Made by a program: the position numbers and the translations under genes. Shown piece after piece: positions 1-14,700 of a stretch of 64,000 nucleotides of DNA (positions within the stretch are counted from its first letter, which is position 1; each line of letters starts with the position of its first letter). The stretch is from Rhina ancylostomus (Eukaryota), in assembly GCA_030265395.1 (NCBI GenBank), contig JARFYF010000064.1, forward strand, positions 11,316,722-11,380,721, in the 5' to 3' direction. The notes below the pieces were generated by a model, which made no database searches, had not been told where the DNA came from, and saw only the letters and a list, made by a program, of their open reading frames with translations.

Positions 1-2005
1 ATAAGTATTCAAAGGACATGTCTTTCTCATTGCATCAATCATGCAACAAGAGTCAGAATTAAGGCCTTCAATGGGCACCATTCTGAGACACTGTAGAACA
101 AAAGCATGACTGTAAATCATTCCACAAGAAATAAGCAACAGACAAATCCACTTTTAACTGCTTTAAACTGCCTTGAAATAAAAAAAACAACAAACTATCC
201 CTGTGAACAGAAGTTCTACAATCCTTGTTATCAAAGCAACCAGACATGCCAGGGACTTGCAGTCTGGGGTTAATTTAGACTACTTTCTACATGTCCTGGT
301 AATGTGTCTGTGCAGGATCATGAGATGTGATACGATTCTTTTGGCTATCAACCAATCCATGATGTAGCTTTCTGAAGAGACTGGTGTTTTCAGTTTGCCT
401 ACAAGAACTGAGTTGAGCCTCAAATAGCTCATTTTCTGAATAATGGGAGCACTGTTCTAATAGATAGAACACTCAGTCACAATAGATACAAACATTTAGA
501 AGTTCTGGTAACACTTTTACCTATATCACTTTAGTCGAAACCTTGCAATAAATATGCTTTGTGAAAACTGAGTAAAAATATTACCAGTAACAATAAATGA
601 GAAGGTTTCCAATAATAATTAGTTAAATAAAAAGGGAAAAAATTAAATATTGTTGCAAGCTTGGTATTGCTATCTTGTTAACAACCCTAAGAACTCTTTG
701 CAGAATTTGTAATTGTAGTATAGAGACCAGTTCTCATACAGCCTCAAAGTTGCTTCAGTTCTAAGCACCCAGTTATAATCTCAATGCAGCATTTGGTTTA
801 ATTCCTCATCAGCTAATGATGAAGTGTAAAGATTATGTGAAGCTGTGGATTAGTAATAAACAGAACCTTTCTCAGCCAGATTGGAAAGAGACCTGAGCCT
901 TTTCTCTGCCACAGATGAATATGGCTGCCTGGATTTAGGTTAGATATGAATTTACGTTTTATTCAGCTCCCATAAGGGTGATTAAACAAATTAAAGTCAA
1001 TAGACATACAGCTACCAGGCAGGTTGCCTGCACCCAGGTTATTTTATACTCTGGTTTAACAAGCTGCAGATGTGAAATTAGCAAAAATGGGTAGGGTAGG
1101 AAGATAATAGTATAGGTTGTTAGACCNNNNNNNNNNCAATACCCAACATCAGGGCTGTATTTTTCTACTTTGGATTGTAAATGGAATGTTGATAAGTTAT
1201 AACTCTGAAAAAATAGTCATTACTTTCCATGGTGTACTGTGGAAAACAGAATACCTTATCCTCAAGTATCCCAATCTAATGATAAAATATGCACGAACAT
1301 GTATTCCAATGTAAATATTTGACCAGAGATCTGCCCCAGGAAAGCAATGAGTCATCAGAGGGTCATCTTCCAGAAACCACAACAACTACGGATGTTTTCT
1401 ACTGGATTACACAGGGAATAAATATATTCAATTTAATTGTTTTAGAGAAATTGAAAATCAGCAGGCGCACAAAGAGGTTTTACTTGCAATCTTGATGAAA
1501 TGTGCAGCAGATTCTGTTTAATGTTTCGGTATATGGGCAACAATGTTAAGTGGCTGAGTTGTGTGGAGATCCCTATTGTGGACATGATAAACAGTGGGAG
1601 GCTAAAGTCCAAAGCTAACCAGTGTTAAGGGCTTCAGCCTGATTTTTTAAAAATAATTTGAGAGTTAGCCAGCAGTTTCCGTAGCTTACAATTGAAAATA
1701 GTCAGTGTGAAAACCAGTAAATTTCCTCACTAAAACTGGCATCTCAATACCAAAAATGAGCTGGACTGAATTATTGAGAAATTTAACCAGGATAACTTTA
1801 AATCAAGGATGGAATGAAATACAATTAATTAGATCCTTGAACTGTTAAAAATGAAACATGAAAAGTATAACCAGATTTTAGAACTTTAACTCACACCCCC
1901 ACCCACCTTGGTAGACTGAGGAAATCTCCTATAAAACCTGAATATGAGTGCTGTTTTATACCCAGAATGATTATGAAACCAGACCTTTAAAGACAGAGTA
2001 CTTAC

Positions 2006-2032
2006 TGTGAGTGCCGAATCTCCACGTTGACC
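2006..2032 (-). CDS. MACIT collagen exon, 27 nt: GQRGDSALT (probable COL1/NC2 junction)
   Basis: Acceptor ctcttccatttttctag, donor gtaagt. Two triplets followed by non-collagenous ALT, positioned like COL13A1 GQCGEYPHR. Confidence 0.85.
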
Positions 2033-2702
2033 CTAGAAAATGGAAGAGTAATCAGATTCGCAAAGTCAATACTTCATTTATATTGTACCTCTACAGCACT
2101 GAAGAAGTTACAAAATGTTACGAAGTAATACAGAAATGGGCCATTCAGCTCAATTGATTGACACTGGTAGTTTTGCTCCATAGATACTAGAGTGAAGTTT
2201 CATCGTCTTCTAATCTCAAACTTTAACCTTTTTTCAACACTATCCACTATATACCACTTAACGTCATGAGTCACTATATAAAAACACTTGTATGATCAGT
2301 AGTGAAAGTACAGAAACAGGCCCTTCAGCCCACTGAGTCTCTGCCAACCATCACCACACACTTACACCAGTTCTGTCAGTGCCTCTCGCAGAGGTCTGCG
2401 CCAATACCATTATTTTTAATGATAGGATCCATCAGAGTGATGATAGACTCAGATGGTCCTTGCCTGGCTACACTGGGTCTGGGTAGATGATACCCATATT
2501 TGGGTAGATGGAAAATGGGTTTAATGTGTCAAATTACAAAAAAAATTAAATTTAACAGATGCAAATCAGAATAAATGTTGAATCATTACTAAATGTAAAA
2601 TGTATCAATTATCAAAAATTGTTAAGTTTTCAAATTAGATATGCAGGAACTTCACCTACCCCATCTGGAAATATTGACATTGAGCCGAACATGAGACCAC
2701 AA

Positions 2703-2744
<42 letters not shown>

Positions 2745-5700
2745 TGTGCGTGTGCATGCGTGCGTGCACGCGCGGCAGCTACTCTTGGGACGTTGGGGTG
2801 AATGGGAATGAGATTGGTCCTTCATAATTTGGTACTTGCTCCATTCCCAGGGTCACAGAAAATGTTTTGAATTACTGGAAACTCCAGGTTGAATCCAACC
2901 TGTTGCCAGAGATCCAGTGTTTGTAAAACATAATGTGTCCAGAGCATCTTCTGTGGTGTTGCTCCGTGAAAATTCTACTGTAATGGCAACACTGACAACC
3001 AAAATTCCTATTACGGACATAGATCTATAAAACATATAGATTGTATTTCTTACCCTGTTTCCAGTGAATATGACAGCATTTCATTAAGGCTCATATCTGG
3101 AAGTCTTACATAATAGAATAGAAATGACAGATGGACAATGCTTTGCTGTTGGTAGGGAGCCATGGGTGATGTTTCATTACCACAGGCTGTGGTTCATGAA
3201 AGCTTACTACTGAAAGATTAACCTAAGGCAACTGAATATTTTAAACAATGGCAACAGTTTCAGAGTGGCGTAAAATTTTGGAGGGAAGCAAGCTTGTCTT
3301 TCTATTGAAGTACTTATAACATTGGCTGATCATTTACTGCTCCTGCACCTCTCCTCCTATCCCATCTTCCCAAGGTTTCTACATCCTTGCTTATGTTCAC
3401 AGTCAACTTTATATATGATCACAGATTTGCAAACAAATAGTTAAAAAATGGAACATTTAATGTAACTTCACAAGCTTACCTTGTCACCTTTTGGACCATG
3501 TAGTCCCTGTGCAAAGATAAACAGTGAGCCATATCCAAATGCTATCTTGCTAGGTCACAAATTTCTATTTATGCATCATGACAGTTACAAAGAATTAAAC
3601 TTAAGAATTAAGATCGTAAACATATCTTGTGGTGGATGTATTTATTTTTATTGATTTATATTTAGAATAATGCAAAATATCGACAGTGACTTGGAACACC
3701 TATGTTGGAAACTTAATCATAAGCAAAGGCAAGCAGCAGAACCTCAAGTAATTTTCAGTGCAGTGTAGACTTTCAAGTAATGTAATGAAGCTCATGTAAA
3801 TCATATTAATGCCAGCGCAAAGCTCCGATACACAAAATTACATTCATTCAGATTGTGTAAAAATCTTGAAGTGTACAAAATATTGATTCATAATGAGTTT
3901 TATTTTCTAATCTTTTGGATGATCGGTGCACAAAACTCTACACAGCATCTTTTAATGCTCTGGTGGAGCAATGGAGTTGTGTTGTGAATCTGCACACTAC
4001 TATAGGTCATGCTTGGGCCTGCCCTGAGTATGTTGCGCGGTGGTGTCAAGTAAAATAGGAGCAAGATAACATGCGTCATCTCTCGTGAGGAAGGTTAGAT
4101 GATCTAATTGGCTGTTCTACCTTCTTGATGTCTGTACAGATCACTGAGTGAAAATGTGCTTTCGTACACAGAGAAGCCAAACAGATCAGCGTCCTCAAAA
4201 TCCAGAAACACAACAAAAGGCATCAAACCTTGTTTCGGGTATTGTTACACACAGTGCTGCCTGAAGAAATATGTAAGCAAGCCTTCCCTTAATGTTAAGA
4301 GTGGGTTGTTCTTTGCCATTGAGAGTGCAGCCATCTATTCGGCTGATCATCCCTTTCCCCTTTCCCATCAATCCAAGATTCCTGCAACGCATAACACTGA
4401 CCTCACATCTTTCTCCACTTTCTCTCGCTCCCTTTGATCCTTCAGCAGTAGTTCTTGGAAGAACATTTATTCTCCCCTAGTGTCATTCTTTTCCATCTGT
4501 TCCTACTCTTATAAAACCCTTCACTCACAGTCTTCTTTTTAGTAACTTAGCGGGCAGTAATTGACTATTTTATTAATCGTGCTTAAGGGAAATTTGATCT
4601 GCTGGGCAGCTGTACCTGCCTCTGAATAAAAAGCAAAAATAAATAATACTAGAACAGCAATACAGAGCTGACATTATACACACAAACAAAATAAAACTAA
4701 AACTGGTGCCCTCAAGAGCTACACAGCATATTCAAATTAGGCTTCAAGGTCAAACTGTTCAATCCCTGTAATTAAGCATTCATTTCAATATATCTGCATG
4801 GCAATACTAAAGCTGGGGAATGGACTTTGAACCAATGAACTTGCAATTCGCACAGAAACCAGACTGAAATCAGCATGCCTCCGTGTTCTGTGTATCCCAG
4901 TGCAAAATCTTTGATGATTCACACAGTATAATCCTCCAGATAGCTACTTGAGATTCACTGATAAATATTGAACATGATTGTCAGACAATGCACACTTCAA
5001 ATACTGCCTGAGATATAACTTAGAGCAGTTTTCAATGCTGCATCAGAATTATGACTTTAAAATATTTTCCTACAATCTTTACAGGAAATAATTTTGCAAC
5101 CATGGTGTGCCAAAGGTCAGGAATAATCTTATCAACCAGGACCAGGTAATGTTTGAATACAATGCAGTCAATGCTGCTCCTCATTTTCGGTGCTGGATTG
5201 GTAAAATGGATAAATGGTGCTTGATCCAGAATCCTGCCCACACTATTCCATGGTCACGCAAACTATACGAGGTCCCATAGGTCTGATTAAACTTGAGGTC
5301 TATTTGCTGCAGCTATCCCACAAGGTGGATTCGACCTCAGGAGTTGGATTAATTTTGCATTCTATTCCTCTTCCAATAAATTTCACAACACTTTTAAAGT
5401 ACTTGATTGACTGTTTTGAGATGTCCTGAGGTTATGAAAGGAACTTGTGTAATGTACCTCTTCCTTCCTTTGCTTGGTTACCAGGTTTACCTTTGGTTAT
5501 CCAGCAGTCAACATCACCAAAAACATTTGAACTGGCCATATGTCTCACTGACATTACTGGGATTTGCCTACAAAACAGTGTAATTCACCAGACGTTTAAT
5601 GTCAATGATGCATTAAAGTCACGTTTAATGCATCACTTCTCTTGGCTCAATATATCAGCAATGCTGTGGTTTAAATGAAGAAAGACTTCTTCCTGAGCAC

Positions 5701-8700
5701 AAACTTCTGCAAGGAATGGTTTTCAAAGAGTCATCCTGTTTTTAAAAACTGCCTGGCTTTACAAAGCTGAAGTCTTGTAAAGGGAACAGATGTTATAAAT
5801 CAAACCTTTGGATACACCAAAAATGGAACAAAAGAAAATTGTTACTCTAAAGAACAAGCGCAGTGAATTAAAGCGAGCTTTCACTTAACACCACTTTAAT
5901 GTAGTCTGTGCAGCTTGCAGTACAGATACCAGCTATTGGCAATGGAGCAGAGGAATTGCCAGACGCAAGGAGATAAGGGTCCACCTAGTTTGAAGTGTGT
6001 AGCAACAATTTAGAGGCATAGATTGGGAACTTAAAAAATATACGCAATAGCTTGACTGTTTCTCTGAACAATGTAGAAATACATGCGGCCATTTCTGCAC
6101 TGCAACCCCACTCCCTCATTCATTATCAATTCTGAATTATTGTTACATTCAGAAGTGACTGAACTGGTGACATCGCTTGTTCCTATACTCTCTCATCATG
6201 TCCTTTATCGTTTGAATTACGGTCTGTAGAACCTATCATTGTAGCCCATTAACCAATGCATTGGTACCCTTTCTAAATTTAAAAAAACCTTTATTCTTTA
6301 TTTTGTGTTTAATTCAGAATTGCAACTTACCTTTTCTCCTTTATGACCAGAGTCTCCCTTTGGAAAGCAATAAAACAATTAGATGGTATTAGGGAGCATA
6401 AGAACATTGCAACAAAGAACATATGGAGGTCATTAACCACCCCCCCAATCCTGATTCATCATTCAGTGAGATCATGGTTCGTCTGCAATCTAATTTCTTA
6501 TATTTTTCCTATATTTCATAATACTCAACATTACCAATAGTAAAAAAAAATCCAGCTTCAAGTGCTGTTTGTGGGACAGTTGCAAATTGCTACCCACCCC
6601 CCCCCACCCTCTCTATGTTGAAGTATGTCCTAATTATTCTATTGGATTATATGCACACCTTCTAGTTTTCTACTTTTTCTCTTTTCGATCCTTTTTTAGG
6701 TCCAAAGTCATATTTGTCTACGCTGAAATCACGTCTTTTCATATAGAGGTGAATACAGGTGAATAGAGGATGTGTTCCAGACACGGATGGCCCTGCTTAA
6801 ACAACGCATGGGCTACTATGAATACGGCTGGTCACCATACCCTGGTGAAGACCATATTGGCTCTGAGAAAGTGCAGTTAGATTTACCCAACTGCTTAATC
6901 TATTAACATCTCTTTGTTATTTAATACTTTCATTATGCTTTGTACAACAACACTTTTCTTGGTGTCAGCAACAAATTGGATAGGTGGCTTTCTATCCCAT
7001 CATGAAAGTCACTTGGAACTATGATGAATAATTGCAATCCCAGATCCTTGTTCCATCTTGCCAATTTCAAAACCCAATCATTATCCCTATTCTCTCTCTC
7101 CTCTCATTTCGCCAAGTTCCTAACCAAGTCGATAAACTGTTTTCAATTCCATGAGTTTCTACTTTAGCTTACATTCTCTTATAATGTCTTCTGGAACTAT
7201 GTATAATTAACATCCATCAATTATTTTAGTTACCTCTTCAAAAATTCTGACACAAATCTCACAAGCTAGATAGTCTTAACATTGTAAGTAGATTACATAT
7301 TTTTCCTTATTGCAGACTTGCTCACCTTTTCACCTTTTGGACCAGGCAAGCCCTGTGCAAAAATAAAATCAAGTTAGAACTTGAATAAACTATGTTGTGG
7401 ATTGTGAAGTTTACTCCCTTTAAAATATAAGAAGATGCTTTGAGACTGTTGCAGAAGGTTATCACACAAATGTGCAGAAAGTTGTGAATAATAAAATCAG
7501 CAAACTCTGAAGAGTTATTTATAATCCAATACAACATTTGGTAGGAAATGGTGAATATAAAATTTTACATTTAAAAATTATGAGACACAGACTCCTGTTT
7601 CAAAGACTCCAAAAATCTTTGAAACATTTTCCAAGATGACTGATAATGGTGACAGTTGTCAATAAGTATTTCAACATTTTGCTAATGCTGCTGATAAAAT
7701 TCAACTGGCAGGGAATTAATAGTAGGGACTTTGGTGTGTACTTTGGAACAGCAACCAAAAATTCCGTTGTTGCATACTGCATACCACCTTCAGGGCTTAA
7801 TTTGTGATTTCTATCTCCACAACTTGAAGCCAGATCACAATTGTTGGTTAGCAAAATGTAACCTACATTGTCTAATTGCTTACACATGCGCTAAAATATT
7901 CATGTATCTACTTGCATGCATATATTTTTTCATATCAATATAGCCATGCCTGTAAATCTGTTGTGGGTGTACAATGCACATTGAACAATCCTAACAGAGT
8001 CCAAACAGAAAGACTAAGCTGTCTTTATCTGCCCCACACTCAGTGAACCTGAATGCTCATTTCCAGTGCAACATTTTTCAAGAAACATGTTTTGATTTTG
8101 GTTACACTTACCATGTCACCTTTAGGTCCAGCTTTTCCCTGAAGTGACAAGAATAAAATATTAAGCTCCAGAAGCACTGACATAAAAATTGTAGCAAATT
8201 TATTTAAATTTTCCAACTCCCTTCCCCCATATATTGTGAAATTGGGTGAAAAAATGTACAAGAAATGACGTATAACCCATGTCTATGTACACGTATGTGC
8301 TACTTTGCTCTGCTTAAATCACACATTGATTGGTCTTGGAGTATTCTCTATGTGGTATCCCTAAGTACATAAAGGTTTTGTTCATGACTTCAACAATCAC
8401 TTAAATAAAAACCTCTATCAGAAGAATATCATTCCTTTAACTAAAAGATGAAAAAGGGAGAATTATCTATTTAGCAATTAAGTAGCCAAACAGTTCTAAT
8501 TGCAATCAACAGGGTGGCAGTTTCAACTTCAGAGATGTCAGATCGGCTACCATTCTGATTTTTCATGATATCAGTACGTATTTGAAAGTCCAGCCTCGCC
8601 AATTTATGCATCAAAGCTGAAAGGTGAAATGTTCACACAATTGGTACTTACATATTGCAGTACCCCAGAGATCAAAAGCAGCAGCATATTTTGAACATAT

Positions 8701-11700
8701 TACAGCATGGAAATGGACATCAGTCAGATCCTCAGAGTTCAAATGCCACCCGTATGTGAGATTGAGTAAGAAGGCAAACCCCAATTGGATTTATCACTGT
8801 GGTCCTCCATGGAGTTTCAAACTCCATGAGGTTTTGCCCTGTTCTGGGAGTTTTCATCACATATGTTATGTAATACACCAAACAATTGAAAATGCATCGA
8901 AGACTCTACCAAGCACGGAGCAGTCCAGGACACACAGGAGGGGTTCTCAACCAGGTCTTCAACTGGAATTAGTCATTAGCATCATTTCTGAGCTTCCATT
9001 GCAATATATCCCCCTACTCTCACCTCATACTCCAGTCCTGTGGAGTGGGTATAGTATGTTCATGCAATTGAAACTGGATCACTGCACCAGAAGATGCATT
9101 TGACCAGATGATCTAACCCCCTTGAACCTGTTAACCTGTCTGGTTCACTACCTGTACATGCAGCTTCAGCTTTGCCTGATGAGGTTGGGTGCTCGGATTG
9201 TAGTGTTAGTTGAAAGAATGCTAGGTGCTAGGAGTCTCCCAGAATTAAATAAGATCTCCCAGAGTTGACCAAGAGTAACCTGGGAGATGACTGTATCTAT
9301 CAGTATGTGGAAATCATGCAAGGATCAAGGATTGAACCACATTGAAGCTGCATGCCCTCTCAGGGGCGATTAGGATGGACAACAAATCCTGGCTTTGTCA
9401 GTGATGTCCATATTGTGCGAAGGAATAAAAAAAAGATAAGGATGTGAATGCTATTGCCTGATTTGCTTTGATCTAAGACCAAAATTACTCTCTTAACACT
9501 CTCTGATGTGGCCAAGTAATCCAATATGTTGTGAAAATAAAGGAAATGATGAGGCACAAGCACACATGCAAATATTAGTAGAGAATGCATAGAATCTGTG
9601 ATGTAATCTTATAATAATATCTTATATAATATAAAATTGATATGCAATACTTACAGATTTTCCATCCAACCCTATAGGGCCCTTCAAAATGAATTAAACA
9701 CTGATGAATACAAATACAAGAACAAACTGTTGCAGAACATAAAATTCAAGGCATTTGATTTTTCCCCCCCAAAACATTTAAACATCAACATGACAATGAA
9801 TCCATTAGTTGAATGAAAAACTCAGCAGTTAGTACACAAACACAGAAGCAGAGAAGATGCTCTTTCCCAGACTTGTTTAGTTACCAGTAGTTTGTTAAGA
9901 TGCAGTTTTTAGCTGGCTCCCATCAGCTGGTAGTGAAGTGTGTAAAGCACGCTCAAACCTGGTCAGTTTTATTGTTTCAATATGTTCACCAAAAGGAAAA
10001 AAGACAAACGGAAGCAGCTTGGCAAATTGAACACAACACAGCTGGCAAGAAATCAATATGTTAAATGGTAAATCATTTCTGACAATATTAACTGTTAAAA
10101 GGTATTTTTTCCAGTTTGGTGCAAGCTCCAGCACTCAACTTCTGGCTATTAAATAGTTGACTGAAGGTGTGAGTAAATTAAAAGCACAGGAGCAAATATT
10201 TAAAATGCTGTTGAATTTCACATGGATAATTCTAAATCAAAATCAATTACGGCACTTTGGAATAAGTCTGGACTTTCCTCCAATACATGGATTATGTTCA
10301 AATGAAACAAGGTGTACACAATATTTTTATACTCAAGCTGAAGTCACAGTCTCAGCTTTCTTAAGCCTTGAAAGATATTCTATTCCAAACCTCATTACTT
10401 CCCTACTAATTTCCTTGCTTACACTGTGGCTGTTTGTTGGATGCATGTATGTACGTTGGCTTTACAGACTGCAGCTGAATTGTGAGTCAAGTTCATTCCC
10501 ACAGGAGGCTTCATGTTTCACTGATAGCTTGAGTTCAAGTGGCTAAGGTTTACAAACTGTATACTGCTTTCTATGCAGCAAGTTATTCATTATTAAAGCA
10601 GTACTGCAATCAACACTTAGATTCCTAATCATCAACATGGCAAAAGTAACAATATTCTCATAACTTCCTAATACTTATAACTCAATGTTCCCAAAATACT
10701 CTACGGGAGAATAATCACAGGTTGATACAGAACTGAAATGAAATGAAGGAACGGCAGAATGCCAGAGATTTGTTCTTCACCATTTTGCTAACACAGAATT
10801 CAAAAACTCTGAGTGCTATTTATCTGAACATTGGGAAGGAATAGGTGAAACCCCGACCTCAGGACATTGGAACTGAGAAACAATTAACTTCCTTCATTTT
10901 TGATTGAACTCAGGGGAAAGTTTTGATTTTAATTTCTAATTAATTTCATTATGTATTATTCTTGTGCTTGTTATTACTGATCTTTGAGAGTATTATTACT
11001 CTTAACTAACTGTATTCCATAAACCTTATTGCTTCACACTTTGCTCAGTAGTAGTGATAAGTTAGAACAAGAGACGTCTGTCAACCCAAATTTCCAGGAT
11101 CACATTTGCAAGTTTTCATTGAAGAAAAGATTGCACAATTCACAGCGATCCAAGTAAGTATTATTCGATACGTTTATAGAAAGCTTTCTTAAATCTGTTG
11201 AGACTGCAGATTTAAATTTCAGCCATTAAGGATAAGTTTAGAAAGTGGAAACAGATTTCTCAAGCCTCCCTTAATGCCATCAGTAAAAATAGAAAACTAG
11301 TTATTCAACTCATTGTAATTTGCCAAGCACCAGAGACTGATGATATGACAAAAGTGATTGTGCATCAAATACAGCTATCACACGTCAAGTACTTTGGGAT
11401 ATTTCTGAGGAAGGGGAAAAGCACATCTCTTTACCTCTGACTAATCATCATGTGAAAATAACTTTGTTTCTTTCGTGAGTAAAAATCAATTTGACAATTT
11501 AAACTATTATGTCCAAATGTGCTTGAATACACCAGCATTTTATAAATACGTTTTGTTTTTGAATTTGCTTCCGTGCAGGAAAGATCCCGCAAAACCGCCT
11601 TCTTGGTGGAAGCCTCAGTTGTTTGGTGCACCGTAGAGTGATGTAGCTGCAGTGTCTGAGATCTGCAGTCACTTTCAGCTTCGTGCCTGCAGCTCTGATT

Positions 11701-14700
11701 CATCCCTTATATTATGAAGAACTGGCATTAATTAACTTACATTAGTAATCAGGCCTTTTTGACAAGACTAATTTGCACTGTATAAATGTTCTAAGCTTCA
11801 CAGGACTGTTGAGTAAGGATATTTGCTGCTGAGCTTTTAGCAGAGATGCTCAATGGAACACATTAGAATGAAACCCAAAACTTATGAGAACAGCCTTAAT
11901 ATAGTGAGCAAGCTGAGCTCACGGCAACGTGAAAGTAACAATCAAACCGTGCGACTTTACGACAGGCAGCATGTACAATGTAGGAACTTGGAAATCAAGA
12001 TGGAATATACCATTAATTCCTTTCATAATGTTTGTTCATTCATTCAATTATACAAATAAATAAAAGTAATTTGGTTATCATCAGCAAGCTGTTAAATATT
12101 ACTGAACAAGTGGATTTCCAAAGGAAAAGTCTCTCAAGTGTCAACACACCGGATATCCTGGGAACCCTCTCGCTCCTGGTTGACCCTAAATTGAAAGAAA
12201 ACACAATTGGGGAAAAGAAAGTTAATTTAAACCATCACCTTCTGTTTACTGATCACTCGCATTCGTTAGAGCACAAGCAAGGTACTACTTTATTCTTTTA
12301 ACCTGATTGCAATCATTTTTCTTCTCAAGAAAGATTTTCTAAACAATTATCCTCATTAGCAAATTCACCTGACTCATTTGAATTAAACCATAAGCAAAAA
12401 TGAGTGAAAAAATGAGAAGTTGTCCCAGCAATGGTCATACCAAAAACCATACTGTGGATAATTGCTGTCAGCTCCATCAGTGCACTCATTTCAATGTCCT
12501 GTTCAATATAAATTTATTGCCACTTCTCCAATGTCCAGTTCTAACTTTGGAAGAACAAAAGGCCAACTATAGAGCTAATTCAGACATGTAAACCTCAGGT
12601 ATGCAAACAGGGAACCGAAGCCTGAGCCTGTACAGTTTTAGCTTCTAGATGGAAGTATTTTTATTAATGGAGAAACAAAATCAGGGAGAAAACAAAAGGC
12701 TGCAAATCAATTGCAATCACTGGTCCCACTGGCTGACCATGATGTAAAATTAGTGCTTTTTGTTTCGAGATTTGTCTGGCAACAAACCCTCGTGCCTGTC
12801 CTGCTCTCAGAGTCAAAGTATGGGTCAAGGCTCTCTGTGAAACTGTGCCTCAGAATCCTCGCAGGCCGGGAATTGCTGCTCTCTGCTGCCTTACATAAAA
12901 GTTCTACCAGCAAAGTGAGCAACCCTTGACCAATGCAACTTTTTCCTTCACTCTTGGAAGGGGCATTTGGCTGCAGTGTGGGGCCCCCAAAAGTGCGGGT
13001 GTTCCCAAAGGGCATGAGTGCCCTGACAGACTCTTTCCTGGCAACTTCCTACGGTAAGCACCCATTGCACAAGGAAGCTGTTTCCTACGAGCACTATTTT
13101 TTCCCATAGCCTGTGCATGTTCCTCTGTTCCCTGGAGATGACTCTGCGACCCACTCTCCCACCCACCCCCACCCCTCCACCCATCATTGTGGCATGCACT
13201 CATTCCTTGACAACACTACCCAGTAGCTGAAAGAAAGGGATTGCATTGTGCTCTGACCCTTTAAGAGCCAGAGCTACTTCCTGAGGTCAGAGCTGTGAGG
13301 AAAGGTACTATTAACAGGAGAAATACGACACCCACCTCCAGCTGTTTCTGAATTAGAGTACTGTTACACCAGGGAGCCTGTTGGCATTGTCTTGGAACTG
13401 GTGCTAATTAATTTCACAATTTCTTTTAGAGCTTTTCAAAACAGCGTTGGGGAGATTGCTATTGGCAGAAAACGTGACAGATGAATTACTAAATCTACAC
13501 ACTCCTTCAAACAAGTGGCCACAAATGTGCACGGTCGGCTGGCAAACTATTCAGTGTGGATCCCATAGTCAGAGCAGGAGATGGTAAGGTATGGGAAGGA
13601 AGCAAGAACAACCCAGCAGAATCCGACAGTGTTTGTCATGGGTAGTGAGGAGCAGCCTTTCTGAATCAGAAGGTTATGGCTTTAAGTTCATCTCCAGAGG
13701 CCACAGCACATAATTGTAAACTGATCTCAATGCATCAGAATCAGAATTGGGTTTATTATCACTGATATGTATGTCGTGAAATTTGTTGTTTTGCAGCAAC
13801 AATTCACAATGGTAGTTGTTGTGTTTAATGGGGTTCCTATCTGTTTGCTCAGGTAGATGGAAAAATATCACCTGATACCATTCCAACTAAGAATGACACT
13901 CAACCCTGGCATCCTGTCCAATATCAATTAAATATCACTAAAGAGATTATTTAGCTGCTATCACAATCCTGCTTCTGGGAGCTTGCTGTGACTAAGTTGG
14001 CAATCATTGTTTCCTGAAGTCGTGACAAAAAGTTCGTCAATGGCTGTAAAATGCTTTAGAATATCCTAAAAGGGAGATGAAAGGTGCTATAGTAATGCAA
14101 TTCCTTCTCCTCTCAGGCAAGGCATCAAGCTGAAACACGATATTGTAGTGAGTAGGGCTCTAATCAGAAATAGAAGTGCTGGCTGACTTCCCCTGCCTAG
14201 CCCAGAGTATGAAAGCCAATTGACCCATCCTGTCATCACTCCAGTTGAGCTCGGGTTAACTCAGCGCCACAGAGAGAAATCAAACCTCAGGCTTGGCTGG
14301 ACTGAACCAGATGAGCAATCACAGAAGCTTGTAGGTCTTTATTGTGCAAAAGCTATTGATGTGAAATTGGTGACAGGCATCAACGTGACATCACGATTAA
14401 GTTTAGGCACAGTTTCATGATCTGGGCTATGTTTATAGCATTGTATCCTCTTCATAATGAATGTGTGAAATTCAATATTGGTTAAAAAAACATTTGCTAC
14501 AACTTCTCAAATTTCTATCAAATTGAGTAGAAATTGGGTTTAATGCTGATGTTAGTAAGTATACTATTCCAATTTTAACTGTTCTTTACAAAGATGTGAT
14601 ATTGTAAACTAAGATTAAAAAGTCAAAGTGATTTTTCCAATTATGTCCATTAATTGGCATGTTACATAACAGACACGTTCCTCAAATGATTTCTGCAGCT

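Noticed and set aside
520-541. Possible next (NC2) exon with a gtaaaa donor
   Set aside because: Contains an in-frame stop in phase 0. No convincing exon was found below 2006.
8624-9103. Longest gap-free non-TE ORF in the track (159 aa, + strand)
   Set aside because: Non-ATG start, no recognisable domain, antisense within an intron. The other short ORFs are likewise noise or TE fragments.
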